A DNA stretch of 64,000 nt. Source: a virus. The number at the start of each line of letters is the position of its first letter. Position 1 is the stretch's first letter. The DNA lies in IMG/VR virus record IMGVR_UViG_3300021373_002787, positions 1-64,000 of that record, one strand, 5' to 3'. The notes under the pieces were generated by a model, which searched no databases, was not told where the DNA came from, and saw only the letters and a list, made by a program, of their open reading frames with translations. Shown here in pieces: positions 10,025 to 19,310 of this stretch. A program made the translations under genes and the position numbers.

Positions 10025-10032
10025 TATATATC
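10025..10032 (-). promoter_or_regulatory. Putative late promoter GATATATA
   Basis: Intergenic, just after the MCP terminator. Confidence 0.6.
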
Positions 10033-10047
10033 CATAAAACTTAGGGC

Positions 10048-10078
10048 AAAAAGAAAGGGACCCCTTACGGAGTCCCTT
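10048..10078 (-). terminator. Intrinsic terminator after the major capsid gene
   Basis: AAGGGACTCC-GTAA-GGGGTCCCTT hairpin followed by TCTTTTT. Confidence 0.85.
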
Positions 10079-10103
10079 AATATCTAAAGTCTTGGACTAT
10101 TTA

Positions 10104-11591
10104 TTATAGTTCTAGACCTGTTACCTCGAATGAGTAGTACATAGTCTCTGGGTGGAAACCTGCTTCAACTAGAGCGAATCTAGATTTAACAGCTACCTTA
10201 GGAGCCATTGTACCTTCAGCGATAGCTTGTACGCTTTCAGCCATTAGGTAAGGCATGAATACAAGACCAGCACCATTTCCATCACCTTTTCTACCAACGA
10301 TAACTCTGTGAGTTTCAACTGCTGGTGAACCAGCTTGGTAACCTGAGAATGGAATTCTTGGGTCAGTGTAAACATTGATACCAGCTACAGAACCTACTGG
10401 GTAGATTGCACCTGCAACTTGTGATACAGTGTTTGCCATTGGGTTAGGAACGAATCCTGCAACTCCTTGTAGAGCTGAAGCTACTTTAGCATCAACAACT
10501 GCGAAGTTACCAGCACCTCTTCTACCTCTGTTAGCGATTAGGTTAGCAGAAGCTAAGATGTGAGTAAGGATTCTTCTGTTTACGTCACCGTAAGTGTTAC
10601 CACCAGCGCCGTAAGTTAGAGCTAGATCTAGAGAAGTGTTAGCAGCTGCTTTGTTCTCTAATGCTAGTTCGTTGATTCTTCCTAGGATGAAGTCGTTGAT
10701 TGACTGAGTTAATTCGTTAGTTAATACAGCCTCTACTTGAGCTACTGCGTCAACTCCGAATTGCTTAAGATCCTGAACCTGCTCTCTAGTTACTGCAGCA
10801 GCAACTTGGAAAGTTTCAGCCTCTACAGACTTGCTGAATAGAGATAGACCCATTAGCTTGTCAGCAGTTCTTTCACCACCTTCTCTTGAGAAAGGCTTAG
10901 CGAAAGTTGCGTAAGGATCGTTACCAGTGTTAACTCCATCACCAGAGAATCCTGGGATGTGGTCTTCTAGAGCCTTCACTAATTCAACTGCTGCTGAATT
11001 GTTACCTGAAGCCGCTCTGAAGTCAGCTAGTACGTTAGCCTCAACTAGATCACCAGTTACAGAGTAGATAGCGTATCCATCAATTCTTGAGTAACCTACT
11101 CTTGTGTAAGTTGCTGAAGTTGCTGGAGAACCTGGACCGAAAGATGCAGCGTCCTCATCAGACTTGATGTAAGTAGGAGCAGTTGCACCTAATTCGATAG
11201 TACCTCCTTCGTAAGTGAAGTCTAGGTAAGAAAGTAATCCCATAGGACCTGCCATTGGAATAACTGGTACAAGGTCAAGAGCGATAGTTTGAGCTGCAAC
11301 TTGCATCGCTAGTGGAAGTAAAGTTGGAGCCTTATCACCAGAACCTACAGCACCAGAAGTATCACCGTTCTGTGCAGTCTGTGTTGGGAAAGAAACCGCG
11401 CCCATACCTGTTAGGTTCATTGGGCCAGGGTTGTTGCTTAATGACATGATGTTAGCATCTTCATAAAGCTTGTGATTGTGACAGTAAGTTGACATCCATG
11501 CCAGCTTTTCAGAATCGTTAATACCTGTAGCCTCCTCGATAATTGGAGCCCAAGTTGTTCTGATTTCTGCCTCGTTAATTAAATTAGCCAT
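10104..11591 (-). CDS. gp23: Major capsid protein (gp23-like)
   Basis: WAPIIE, DLVPVIPMAGPMG, EQVQDLKQFGVDA, RGRRGAGNF, GLVFMPY, PKVAVKSRFAL; strongly biased codon use. Confidence 0.96.
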   Translation of the reverse strand: MANLINEAEIRTTWAPIIEEATGINDSEKLAWMSTYCHNHKLYEDANIMSLSNNPGPMNLTGMGAVSFPTQTAQNGDTSGAVGSGDKAPTLLPLAMQVAAQTIALDLVPVIPMAGPMGLLSYLDFTYEGGTIELGATAPTYIKSDEDAASFGPGSPATSATYTRVGYSRIDGYAIYSVTGDLVEANVLADFRAASGNNSAAVELVKALEDHIPGFSGDGVNTGNDPYATFAKPFSREGGERTADKLMGLSLFSKSVEAETFQVAAAVTREQVQDLKQFGVDAVAQVEAVLTNELTQSINDFILGRINELALENKAAANTSLDLALTYGAGGNTYGDVNRRILTHILASANLIANRGRRGAGNFAVVDAKVASALQGVAGFVPNPMANTVSQVAGAIYPVGSVAGINVYTDPRIPFSGYQAGSPAVETHRVIVGRKGDGNGAGLVFMPYLMAESVQAIAEGTMAPKVAVKSRFALVEAGFHPETMYYSFEVTGLEL

Positions 11592-11673
11592 TTTTTCAGT
11601 TTATTTTTTTTAATGGTTATTTTCGACATTATCGGGGCTTTCTGCTTCTGTCGCCCTTATCGTCGATATTCTT

Positions 11674-11681
11674 TATATATT
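11674..11681 (-). promoter_or_regulatory. Putative late promoter AATATATA (MCP)
   Basis: Motif variant immediately after the scaffold stop, ahead of a structured MCP leader. Confidence 0.6.
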
Positions 11682-13606
11682 TACTTGTTAAATCTTTTCT
11701 TTAACTCTGTAGCGTAGTTAGAAACATCATAACCAAGTCCGTTAGCTTCTTCTTTCTTAGATTCTGTTACCATTTCGATTTTTTCCATCTTTGGTGCAGT
11801 TTCTCTAAGATCTCTAGTTTGCCAGAAGTCTCTTACTTGATATTCTGTCTCTAGTCTGCGGTAATTAGCCTGAGCCTTGATTTGATTTTGTTTTCCTTCA
11901 GAAAGAGCTTCCCAAGTTTCTTTATATTCAGTTGGCATAACTTCAATAAAGTAAGGGGTTGCGTTTCTGTTTTCTACGATTAGAGTTGAGCTCTCGATAA
12001 GTGATTCGATTTGAGATTCAGTCATAAAGCCTCTCTTAGAAACATTATATCTAACCTCTTTCTTAGCATCTTCGTTAAGAGCATTGTATTTCTCTTGTAC
12101 TTTAGAAGAAACAACTTTAAAGAATGAAGGATTTTCATTCTCCTTTTTCGTAGCAGCTTCTACTAGGGTGTTAAGTTTTTCAGAGATTTCATTTTTGTAT
12201 GCGTCAGCTGCTGAAACTTCTTCAGCCTCTGCTACTTCTTTACCAGCACCATCAGCTCCACCTTCTAGATCTGCTTCTAGTTCGTCTGACTTATCTTCAG
12301 CGTCATCTCCTTCTGGAGCAACTTCTTGTTTGCTGTTATCTAGTTCAGAATCCATATCTTCTGTAGGGGTTGCTGCTTCTTCGCCTTCAACATCTCCTTC
12401 TTTAGAGTTATCACCAACTTCAACATCTTTTTCAAGATCTTCAACTTCTACACCAGCTTCAACTCCTTCTTCTTCAACTACTAGATTTTCATTGATAGAT
12501 TCAGCAATATACTCAGCATATTCAGTAACTGATTGTAAGTTCTCTTTCAAGTAGTTAGTGTACTCGATAAGTTTTTCAGCTGACTCAGTGTTTTCGTTGT
12601 GCGCTTCTGCTAAATAATTAGCATATTCCTTAACCTTTGATAGTGATTCAGCAACGTGCTCGCTGTATTGAATTGATTGATCTAGTTTTTCAGCAACGTG
12701 CTCGCTGTATTGAATTGACTGATCTAGTTTTTCAGCAACTGATTCACTGTACTGGATTCCTTGATCTGCTTTTTCAGCAACGTGCTCGCTGTATTGAATT
12801 GATTGATCTAATTTTTCAGCAAGATACTCAACGTATTCTGAAATGTTATTTACGTTTTCAACGATGTGGTCATTGTGAGCTTTGATTCCATCTAGCTCAT
12901 TGTTTTCATTTGCTTCGGTCTCTTTAGTATCTAACGTCTCTTTTAATGATTTAATCTCATTAGCAAGATATTCTGTGTACTTATTAAAGTCTTCAGCTTT
13001 TACAAAATCTGCCATGTCTTTATTTTCTATGATTTGTGTTTGTTCGTTATTTGATTTATTTATCTCATAAATATAGAGACCGTTCTCGTTATTGAATCCA
13101 TAAGATTCATTAACTCTTTTCAGCTCTGCATTTTCGAATCCAGGGTCTGCAACTAAGTCATAAGTAAATAGCTGCTTAATTTTTACTTTACCATTTGATT
13201 CAACAGCACCAGCTGCTCTAGAAGAAATTTGTAGAGGAACTCCAGCGTCAACAAGAGCTTTCGCCTGTCTACCTGCATCAGTATCTAATAGTCTGATACG
13301 TCCCTTTACCTGCTTGGTTTCTTTCTCATAAAATAAATCTTCAATGATGTGTGAGACGTTCTTCAGAGATACGTCAAACTGCGATGGGTGATCTAACTCC
13401 CCTAAAAGCTTTCCAGACTTAATCTTATTCTGAAGTGCTTCGATTTGTGGAACGTATTCATCCTCGCTGTAAATTCTTTGATTCTTATTCTTTACATCGA
13501 TTTCTCCGAAAATACCTTCCAAAACATATTCTTTTGTTCCACCGTCAGCCACCGAAAGAGTTTTCGAAGACATCTCGACGATCAAAAGATCCTTTATATT
13601 TTCCAT
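11681..13606 (-). CDS. gp21: Prohead protease (gp21) fused to prohead core scaffold (gp22-like)
   Basis: N-terminal LEGIF...KNKNQRIY...LGELDHP...VSHII...ISSRAAG...TYDLVADPGF (gp21 catalytic His/Ser). C-terminal acidic coiled coil with YxEYLAE-type scaffold repeats. Confidence 0.9.
   Translation of the reverse strand: MENIKDLLIVEMSSKTLSVADGGTKEYVLEGIFGEIDVKNKNQRIYSEDEYVPQIEALQNKIKSGKLLGELDHPSQFDVSLKNVSHIIEDLFYEKETKQVKGRIRLLDTDAGRQAKALVDAGVPLQISSRAAGAVESNGKVKIKQLFTYDLVADPGFENAELKRVNESYGFNNENGLYIYEINKSNNEQTQIIENKDMADFVKAEDFNKYTEYLANEIKSLKETLDTKETEANENNELDGIKAHNDHIVENVNNISEYVEYLAEKLDQSIQYSEHVAEKADQGIQYSESVAEKLDQSIQYSEHVAEKLDQSIQYSEHVAESLSKVKEYANYLAEAHNENTESAEKLIEYTNYLKENLQSVTEYAEYIAESINENLVVEEEGVEAGVEVEDLEKDVEVGDNSKEGDVEGEEAATPTEDMDSELDNSKQEVAPEGDDAEDKSDELEADLEGGADGAGKEVAEAEEVSAADAYKNEISEKLNTLVEAATKKENENPSFFKVVSSKVQEKYNALNEDAKKEVRYNVSKRGFMTESQIESLIESSTLIVENRNATPYFIEVMPTEYKETWEALSEGKQNQIKAQANYRRLETEYQVRDFWQTRDLRETAPKMEKIEMVTESKKEEANGLGYDVSNYATELKKRFNK
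12648..12820 (-). repeat. ~4 tandem 42-bp repeats (EKLDQSIQYSEHVA) in the scaffold region
   Basis: Repeated TCAGCAACGTGCTCGCTGTATTGAATTGA(T/C)TGATCTA unit with a 42-nt period. Confidence 0.9.
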
Positions 13607-13628
13607 ATTTGTGGTTTATTTGTTTCTT

Positions 13629-13636
13629 TATATATC
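13629..13636 (-). promoter_or_regulatory. Putative late promoter GATATATA
   Basis: Intergenic, upstream of the gp21-22 fusion. Confidence 0.6.
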
Positions 13637-13657
13637 TAATGACAATTCTAAAGTTTT

Positions 13658-14050
13658 TTACATGTTTTCAAGGTCTGCTAATTCACTTTCGATATCATCT
13701 CCGCCCTCTTCAGAATCTTCAGCTCCCGCCTCTGCTTCAGCTCCGGCAGGTGCCTCTTCTTCTTTCTCTGCGTCGGCCTCTTCCTCTTTCTGTTCAGCAT
13801 ACCATTCGTTCCACTTTTGCTTGATTTCAGCAAGTTCGCCCTGTTTAAATGCATTTTGACCATATTTGTCGAAGAAGTAGTCTTCCAATTGCTTTTCATT
13901 CTCAGAATTAACAATTGCTCCAACTATCTCCGCAGATGGTATTGTTTTACCGTCCTCTAGTGTGATGTCGTCTACTGTAACCTCAGATTCTTCTCCAGGT
14001 TTCATAGTGTCTTCCTTAATGAATTGTTCAAATAATTTTACGTATTTCAT
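13658..14050 (-). CDS. Acidic prohead core protein (gp67/gp68-position) with capsid-targeting-like N-terminus
   Basis: MKYVKLFEQFIKE start; very acidic; lies between portal and protease as T4 67/68 do. Confidence 0.6.
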   Translation of the reverse strand: MKYVKLFEQFIKEDTMKPGEESEVTVDDITLEDGKTIPSAEIVGAIVNSENEKQLEDYFFDKYGQNAFKQGELAEIKQKWNEWYAEQKEEEADAEKEEEAPAGAEAEAGAEDSEEGGDDIESELADLENM

Positions 14051-14069
14051 TTTGTATTTATCTTTTTAT

Positions 14070-15668
14070 TTACATCATTCCACCCATCATATCCATTGCA
14101 TCTGGTTCGTCTGCGCTTTCGGCGTCATCTTTAGCCTTAGCCGCTGCATTTGCTGCCAAGTCATCATCAGATACTTTAAGATATTTTTTAACAAGGAAGT
14201 CCATGTCAAAGAAGTATTCTTCTTCCATCGTCGCTGGGTTTGTTGTCATTAAGCTGTCTCTCATCTGTCCAATAAAGTCTAATCTACGCTCCATGATTTC
14301 GTAGTTCTTTAATTCTGCAAATACATTTTCTTCATTAAATCGAAGTGCAACTTGCGTTTTGAATTGTGGATCGTTCTCGAACTCAGGGTATTTAAGACAC
14401 ATTTGTAAGTAGAGTGGCTTTACCAATACCTCTTGGAAAACTGATCTAAGTCTATTAATAAACTTAGAGAATTTAATTTCATCTCTAATCATTCCATCAG
14501 CAGCAAGGTTAAAATCACCACCACCATCTTCATATAGGAAACGTGAGTAAGGAATTTTAGAAACGTGTTTTAATTTATCACTAAAGTATTTAAGTGCTTC
14601 TGTGTCTGAAAGGTCAGGTCCATCGCCTCCAAGCGTTTCAATTTCTGGCTGTTCACCATCTTTTGAAGGTAACCAATATTCTTTATTGAATTGTAACATT
14701 GGTTTTCCATCAGTTTGAAGCGAAGCACTTTCCCAGTCAAAATCAACATTTTCTTTATATGAGTGCATCAGTTGAGCAAGAGATTGTTTTGCTCTTGTCT
14801 TTGATTTACCACCAACCGGAATAATGAACTTCATTCTAAAGCTCGAGTTTGTTGTTGCCCAAATAACTCGAGTGTGTTCCATAATTCTCAATAGGTTAAA
14901 TGCTCTAACAAGTCTTTCAATATATGAAACTCTACTTGCAGTCGTGATTGAAGAATATGAAATATAGATGATTTGAGAGTCGTATAATTTTCTCTCTTTT
15001 ACTGGATCGTCTTTATATTGTACCCAAACTTTTTTACCGTCTTCGTGATTATATCCAGGAATAAGTGTAATTGGATCAAGTTCTTTAAAACCAATAATCT
15101 CCTTTTGATCTGGAGAATATACAATTTCGAATGCAAGATAACCATCAACTAAGAATTTTCTATAGTAATACCAAGCTGATTGATCTTGTGTAAATCCAAA
15201 GTACTGATAAAGTTGCTTATAATATTTGTTAAGATCTTTTTCAACTTCATCGCTAACTTCCATTCCAATGATTTCAGGTTGAGCAAAGAAATTTCTTTCA
15301 TCATAAACTACAGTCTCATCACACATAATATCGAGAATATCCTCGATCTCGTCGTTAAGTGAAAATCTTCTTAGTTCATCTCTTTTACCTTCATAATCCT
15401 TATCAAAGAATGGGATGTTTTTCTTTAGGTTGACATCAGTCATCGACAGAGCGGCAAACGCTCCATAGATGTCATCATTATCAAGACCCATCGGATTCAT
15501 TTGACCATAGCCAAGTTGATCCTCCATCGGCCCAATTGCTTGAGACTGTCGAAGAACCAAGTCATCGTATCTCATTCCAAACGATGATAGATTTTTCAAT
15601 GCGGTAGAGATCCTAAATGGTCTCTTTCCCGTACTTAATGGTCCATTTCTATCAGTAAATCCTGCCAT
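14070..15668 (-). CDS. gp20: Portal protein (gp20-like)
   Basis: RKFLVDG, SYIERLVRAFNLLRIME, EYWLPSKDG...EIETLGG, RDEIKFSKFINRLR, FAELKNYEIMERR. Confidence 0.95.
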   Translation of the reverse strand: MAGFTDRNGPLSTGKRPFRISTALKNLSSFGMRYDDLVLRQSQAIGPMEDQLGYGQMNPMGLDNDDIYGAFAALSMTDVNLKKNIPFFDKDYEGKRDELRRFSLNDEIEDILDIMCDETVVYDERNFFAQPEIIGMEVSDEVEKDLNKYYKQLYQYFGFTQDQSAWYYYRKFLVDGYLAFEIVYSPDQKEIIGFKELDPITLIPGYNHEDGKKVWVQYKDDPVKERKLYDSQIIYISYSSITTASRVSYIERLVRAFNLLRIMEHTRVIWATTNSSFRMKFIIPVGGKSKTRAKQSLAQLMHSYKENVDFDWESASLQTDGKPMLQFNKEYWLPSKDGEQPEIETLGGDGPDLSDTEALKYFSDKLKHVSKIPYSRFLYEDGGGDFNLAADGMIRDEIKFSKFINRLRSVFQEVLVKPLYLQMCLKYPEFENDPQFKTQVALRFNEENVFAELKNYEIMERRLDFIGQMRDSLMTTNPATMEEEYFFDMDFLVKKYLKVSDDDLAANAAAKAKDDAESADEPDAMDMMGGMM

Positions 15669-15690
15669 TTTTTTACTATTATATTCTGTT

Positions 15691-15698
15691 TATATATT
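15691..15698 (-). promoter_or_regulatory. Putative late promoter AATATATA
   Basis: Intergenic, upstream of portal. Confidence 0.55.
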
Positions 15699-15699
15699 C

Positions 15700-16302
15700 T
15701 TAATTACCTATGTGCTTTCTAAATTGTCTTCTGACCTTTCCGACTGTAGATCCATTTAGATCTATAAAGTCACAAAGTGCTATTGTACTCCAATTCTCAT
15801 ATGAAATCACTGCTTGTCCGCTCTTTAAATTTGGTATATATTGTCTAATTGCAAAGTCAAATCCAAATCTACCCAAGAACTTTTTTGCTCCAGAATATGA
15901 AAGGTTTATTTGTCCTTGTCTTATTGCATCTCCAGACTTACGGCCTTTCATTTGGTTTTTAATTTGGTTTTGCATAATTGTATAGACATAATCAAGAAGT
16001 TCTTCCTTTACTTTAACTGGAAGTAAATTAAGATTAATACCCACGTCATTTCCATTATATGGGTCGAGAGCCAATACCACTGGATTTTTATCCCACCATT
16101 CCAATTTATCTGCCCATTTCGGTGAGGTGTACTCAAAGACATATATCTTTCCAGGTCTAAATCTCTTTCCGGTAGCGGCAACTGACTTTTCATTCATCAT
16201 CTTTTTGCCATTCTCAAACCAAGCATGTGCCTTTACTCTAGCAAGTCTTTTACCACCAGCCTCTTTACTAAGTTTTCTAATTTCAGTCTTAATAACTCCC
16301 AT
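15700..16302 (-). CDS. DNA end protector (gp2-like)
   Basis: PGKIYVFEY...WWDKNPVVL...GINLNLLP pattern; adjacent to gp4. Confidence 0.75.
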   Translation of the reverse strand: MGVIKTEIRKLSKEAGGKRLARVKAHAWFENGKKMMNEKSVAATGKRFRPGKIYVFEYTSPKWADKLEWWDKNPVVLALDPYNGNDVGINLNLLPVKVKEELLDYVYTIMQNQIKNQMKGRKSGDAIRQGQINLSYSGAKKFLGRFGFDFAIRQYIPNLKSGQAVISYENWSTIALCDFIDLNGSTVGKVRRQFRKHIGN

Positions 16303-16775
16303 TATTTAAGAGATTTTTCAGTTAGGACTACGAATCTCCAGCCTCTCTCTTCGGCCCATTTTTTAGCATATGCATATTTATCTCTATTTTTAACAAACTG
16401 CTCTGCTAGAAACTTATATGATGCAAGTGCCTTCTTTGAGTTCTTTTTTGGAGGCTGTGGCTTCTTGATTTGTTCAGAAGGTTTAATCTCAACTAAGAAC
16501 TCTTCATAACTATCCCCTTTTTGGACTTTCATATAAAAGTCAGGATAATATTTGCGCTCTTTTTTATCGAGAGTAGACCAGTACTTAATTTCTACCGGTT
16601 CAGATGACCAATGAATAACATCATCTCTATTGTCACATAAAACCATAAACTTTCGCTCCCATGAGGAACGAAAGATAATTGGGGTCTTTCCTAAATATTT
16701 GTTTGGATATTTTGGTTCGAAATAACCTTGTATAAACCCTGAATTTTTGGTTGGCTTTACGTTTTTTATTGACAT
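16302..16775 (-). CDS. gp4: Head completion nuclease (gp4, TnsA-like)
   Basis: FEPKYPNKYLG, FRSSWERKFM, WSSEP, YYPDF, LVEIKP, F..LTEK. Confidence 0.9.
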   Translation of the reverse strand: MSIKNVKPTKNSGFIQGYFEPKYPNKYLGKTPIIFRSSWERKFMVLCDNRDDVIHWSSEPVEIKYWSTLDKKERKYYPDFYMKVQKGDSYEEFLVEIKPSEQIKKPQPPKKNSKKALASYKFLAEQFVKNRDKYAYAKKWAEERGWRFVVLTEKSLK

Positions 16776-17149
16776 TAAATATTGAACAGTCCTCCCTCTT
16801 CTCCATAGGATCCGCTTGATTTATCAAGACTTAGGGTTGACTTGTATTTTTTAGGGTGGATTTTATTCCAACCTTTTGCATATCCACGTTTAGCAATTTC
16901 AGTAAAATATGCGAATGCATTAGTATACTTAGGATTAAAGTTTCTCCAGTATTTAAGAAGATCCAATAGAGCAAATTGTAAACAGTCCTGTCGATCGTCC
17001 TCGTTTACATAAGACAATTTTCTAATAGCCCGCTCAGCTAGGAGAACCAACATCTTTTCTGCGTCTGGTGTTAATTTGTCCTGTTCTTTTGATAAAACTA
17101 TTTGATCGTACAGGTCTCTATTATTTAGATAATTCTTCTTTCTTGCCAC
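16775..17149 (-). CDS. gp55: Late-transcription sigma factor (gp55-like), unusually short
   Basis: NYLNNRDL, DCLQFALLDLLKYWRNFNPKYTNAFAYFTEIAKRG; GTG start. Confidence 0.85.
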   Translation of the reverse strand: MARKKNYLNNRDLYDQIVLSKEQDKLTPDAEKMLVLLAERAIRKLSYVNEDDRQDCLQFALLDLLKYWRNFNPKYTNAFAYFTEIAKRGYAKGWNKIHPKKYKSTLSLDKSSGSYGEEGGLFNI

Positions 17150-17170
17150 GGTTGGATTATTATTTTAATT

Positions 17171-17197
17171 TTATATACAAAAAAGGCCAATTGTTTC
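17171..17197 (-). promoter_or_regulatory. Putative middle promoter GAAAC-N17-TATAA overlapping a terminator
   Basis: Exact 17-nt spacing, but GAAA is also the terminator loop, so it could be coincidental. Confidence 0.45.
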
Positions 17198-17208
17198 CAA
17201 TTGGCCTC
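17179..17208 (-). terminator. Intrinsic terminator
   Basis: AGGCCAATTG-GAAA-CAATTGGCCT followed by a T run. Confidence 0.85.
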
Positions 17209-17231
17209 TAGATATTATGTATGTGAATCAA

Positions 17232-18434
17232 TTAGATTGAATCGTCAACCATAAGGTCAACGTGTCTCTTAACAACCTTCATTGGTTTGTCTTCTACAAT
17301 CACCGTAATCATATCATCTTTTGCGGCTGATGTATAGTCAAGGGCATCGACTTTAATTGATGTACCTTCTGGGGCTCCGTCATATCCAGATCCTAAAGTA
17401 GCATCCATATAACCGTCATTCTTAGTTAACTCATCATTTTCTAAAATAGAAACGACTGCCTCGAACTTTTTAATCTCATCATTAATTAGCTTATCCGCCT
17501 CTTTAATTTCAGTGATGTTTTTATTTGCTCCGGCAAGAATATTTCTCTGGTCCTTTAAGAATGCAATTAACTCATAGGTCTCTTCTAACTTCGCATCTAT
17601 TCTTGACTTTAAGTCTTCATTTGATTGAAGAACATCTTCGAACATGAATGATACATCCTCTCCTGTTTTTTCAGCAACATAATTAATCGTTGCAAGTGGA
17701 GAAAATTCATTAAATTCTTCTAGTCTAGTTTCTGTGTTATTTCTAAAAGCGTATCCTTTATTTCCAACTCTAAAAGTAGAATAAGATACACCTCCTTCCT
17801 TAACCTCTACTAGGTTTTCTACAACTGAAAAGCTATTAAAGTTTTTAGCAGCTATTTCAAAAGCAGATAGAATAGATTTGTTCTTAAGATTTACATATCC
17901 TGTAGCATATGCTTCATCTGCAAATCCTTCAAGAACCACCTCTCTATTATTAACGTATACTTTGTTTTCTTCTGCGATATATGAATATTTTACGTATGTC
18001 GCGCTCTTCTTTAATTCTTCGATCTTTTTAGTTAGATCTTCGATGATCGTTACTGCTTCAGAAACTGCAACTTCATTGTTTGCCAATTTATGTGTCTTTC
18101 TTAAGGCCTCAACTTCAATAAGTCTCTCATTTAATTCGAATAGTTCGAAATGAGCCTCTACTGATTCATTTAATTTATCATTTTGAAGGTCAGTTGAAAT
18201 GCTTTCAACCACATGTTTGATGCTATTTGCCTTAATATCGTAATAGAATTCGATTCCAGACCCAGTAACGTTGAAGTTTTCTAGTGTCCATGCTAGCGTT
18301 GATTCTAACTGTGTAGGGTTTGTTAGAATTACCCCATTTTCGTTAACTTCAAAGAATCTACCAGCAGAATAAACTCTACTAATTGAATCTTCATTAACAC
18401 AAACCGTAAAGACATTTTTATTTAATGCTGTCAT
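17232..18434 (-). CDS. Putative virion protein, function unknown
   Basis: 400-aa ORF with its own GATATATA motif (18458-18465) and terminator. Confidence 0.55.
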   Translation of the reverse strand: MTALNKNVFTVCVNEDSISRVYSAGRFFEVNENGVILTNPTQLESTLAWTLENFNVTGSGIEFYYDIKANSIKHVVESISTDLQNDKLNESVEAHFELFELNERLIEVEALRKTHKLANNEVAVSEAVTIIEDLTKKIEELKKSATYVKYSYIAEENKVYVNNREVVLEGFADEAYATGYVNLKNKSILSAFEIAAKNFNSFSVVENLVEVKEGGVSYSTFRVGNKGYAFRNNTETRLEEFNEFSPLATINYVAEKTGEDVSFMFEDVLQSNEDLKSRIDAKLEETYELIAFLKDQRNILAGANKNITEIKEADKLINDEIKKFEAVVSILENDELTKNDGYMDATLGSGYDGAPEGTSIKVDALDYTSAAKDDMITVIVEDKPMKVVKRHVDLMVDDSI

Positions 18435-18471
18435 TTTATCGTTTTTTTGATTTTTTTTATATATCTCAATG

Positions 18472-19278
18472 CTATTCCTTAAATGGAAGCTCTCTTCCGA
18501 TCACGTTATAGTTATCTCCAAGTACAGACTCGCTAGTCTTACCTGATCCGCTATTTCCAACACTTCCAATTTGATACATTCTATTTCCAGCATGTCTCTC
18601 CGTACTAAAGTCGAAAGAAGGAATGAATGAATTAATTTCAAGAGGGAAAGTTACCCTAAAGTCCTCTTTTTCACCAAATCCAAATTCAACCGGTCTTTCC
18701 ATCGAGTAATCGTCAGGTACTGCATATTCGGATGATATTCTATATAGCCCTTCTTCAAGATGTCCAACCTCTACATTATAATAATTAGAGCGATACATCT
18801 TTTTGATGATTCCTTCGGTTACTTTAAATACGTCTAACTGGCTTGAAAGTACAATTACAACATCAACTCCTATCACGATTGGTATCATATCAAATTCTGC
18901 CATATAGCTCTGCATCGTACCGTTTTCGTCTAGTTTAGCATAGAATCCCTCATTTCTTTTGTTGACCAATTTTGAAGGGTCAACATTAAGTGACGTAACG
19001 TTAATCACACCTCTTGGGATTTGGTCATAGTTTCCGTCTGCCTTTCCAACACCAGGAACACAATTTACTCCCTGTGCTGTCGAGAATAAGAAGTTGTCTC
19101 TTAAAAAGTTCTCATCTCCTGTAATAGAATAATAAAAAGGTACATCAACTTCAACCCTCTGGTCATTAGAGACCTGACGATAAAAGCTCATCTTTTCATT
19201 CAGGTCTGCAAGCAGCCCGATAATTAAGTGACGAACTACGCTATCGTCTTTGTTAAATTTAAGGTTATAAGTTGCCAT
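18472..19278 (-). CDS. Tail completion / sheath stabiliser (gp15-like)
   Basis: VPFYY...FL, IPRGVINVTSLNVDPSKLVNK, IPIVIGVDVVI..SQLDVFKVTEGI; late motif at 19303-19310. Confidence 0.7.
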   Translation of the reverse strand: MATYNLKFNKDDSVVRHLIIGLLADLNEKMSFYRQVSNDQRVEVDVPFYYSITGDENFLRDNFLFSTAQGVNCVPGVGKADGNYDQIPRGVINVTSLNVDPSKLVNKRNEGFYAKLDENGTMQSYMAEFDMIPIVIGVDVVIVLSSQLDVFKVTEGIIKKMYRSNYYNVEVGHLEEGLYRISSEYAVPDDYSMERPVEFGFGEKEDFRVTFPLEINSFIPSFDFSTERHAGNRMYQIGSVGNSGSGKTSESVLGDNYNVIGRELPFKE

Positions 19279-19310
19279 CTAATATAGAATATTTCTACTA
19301 GGTATATATC

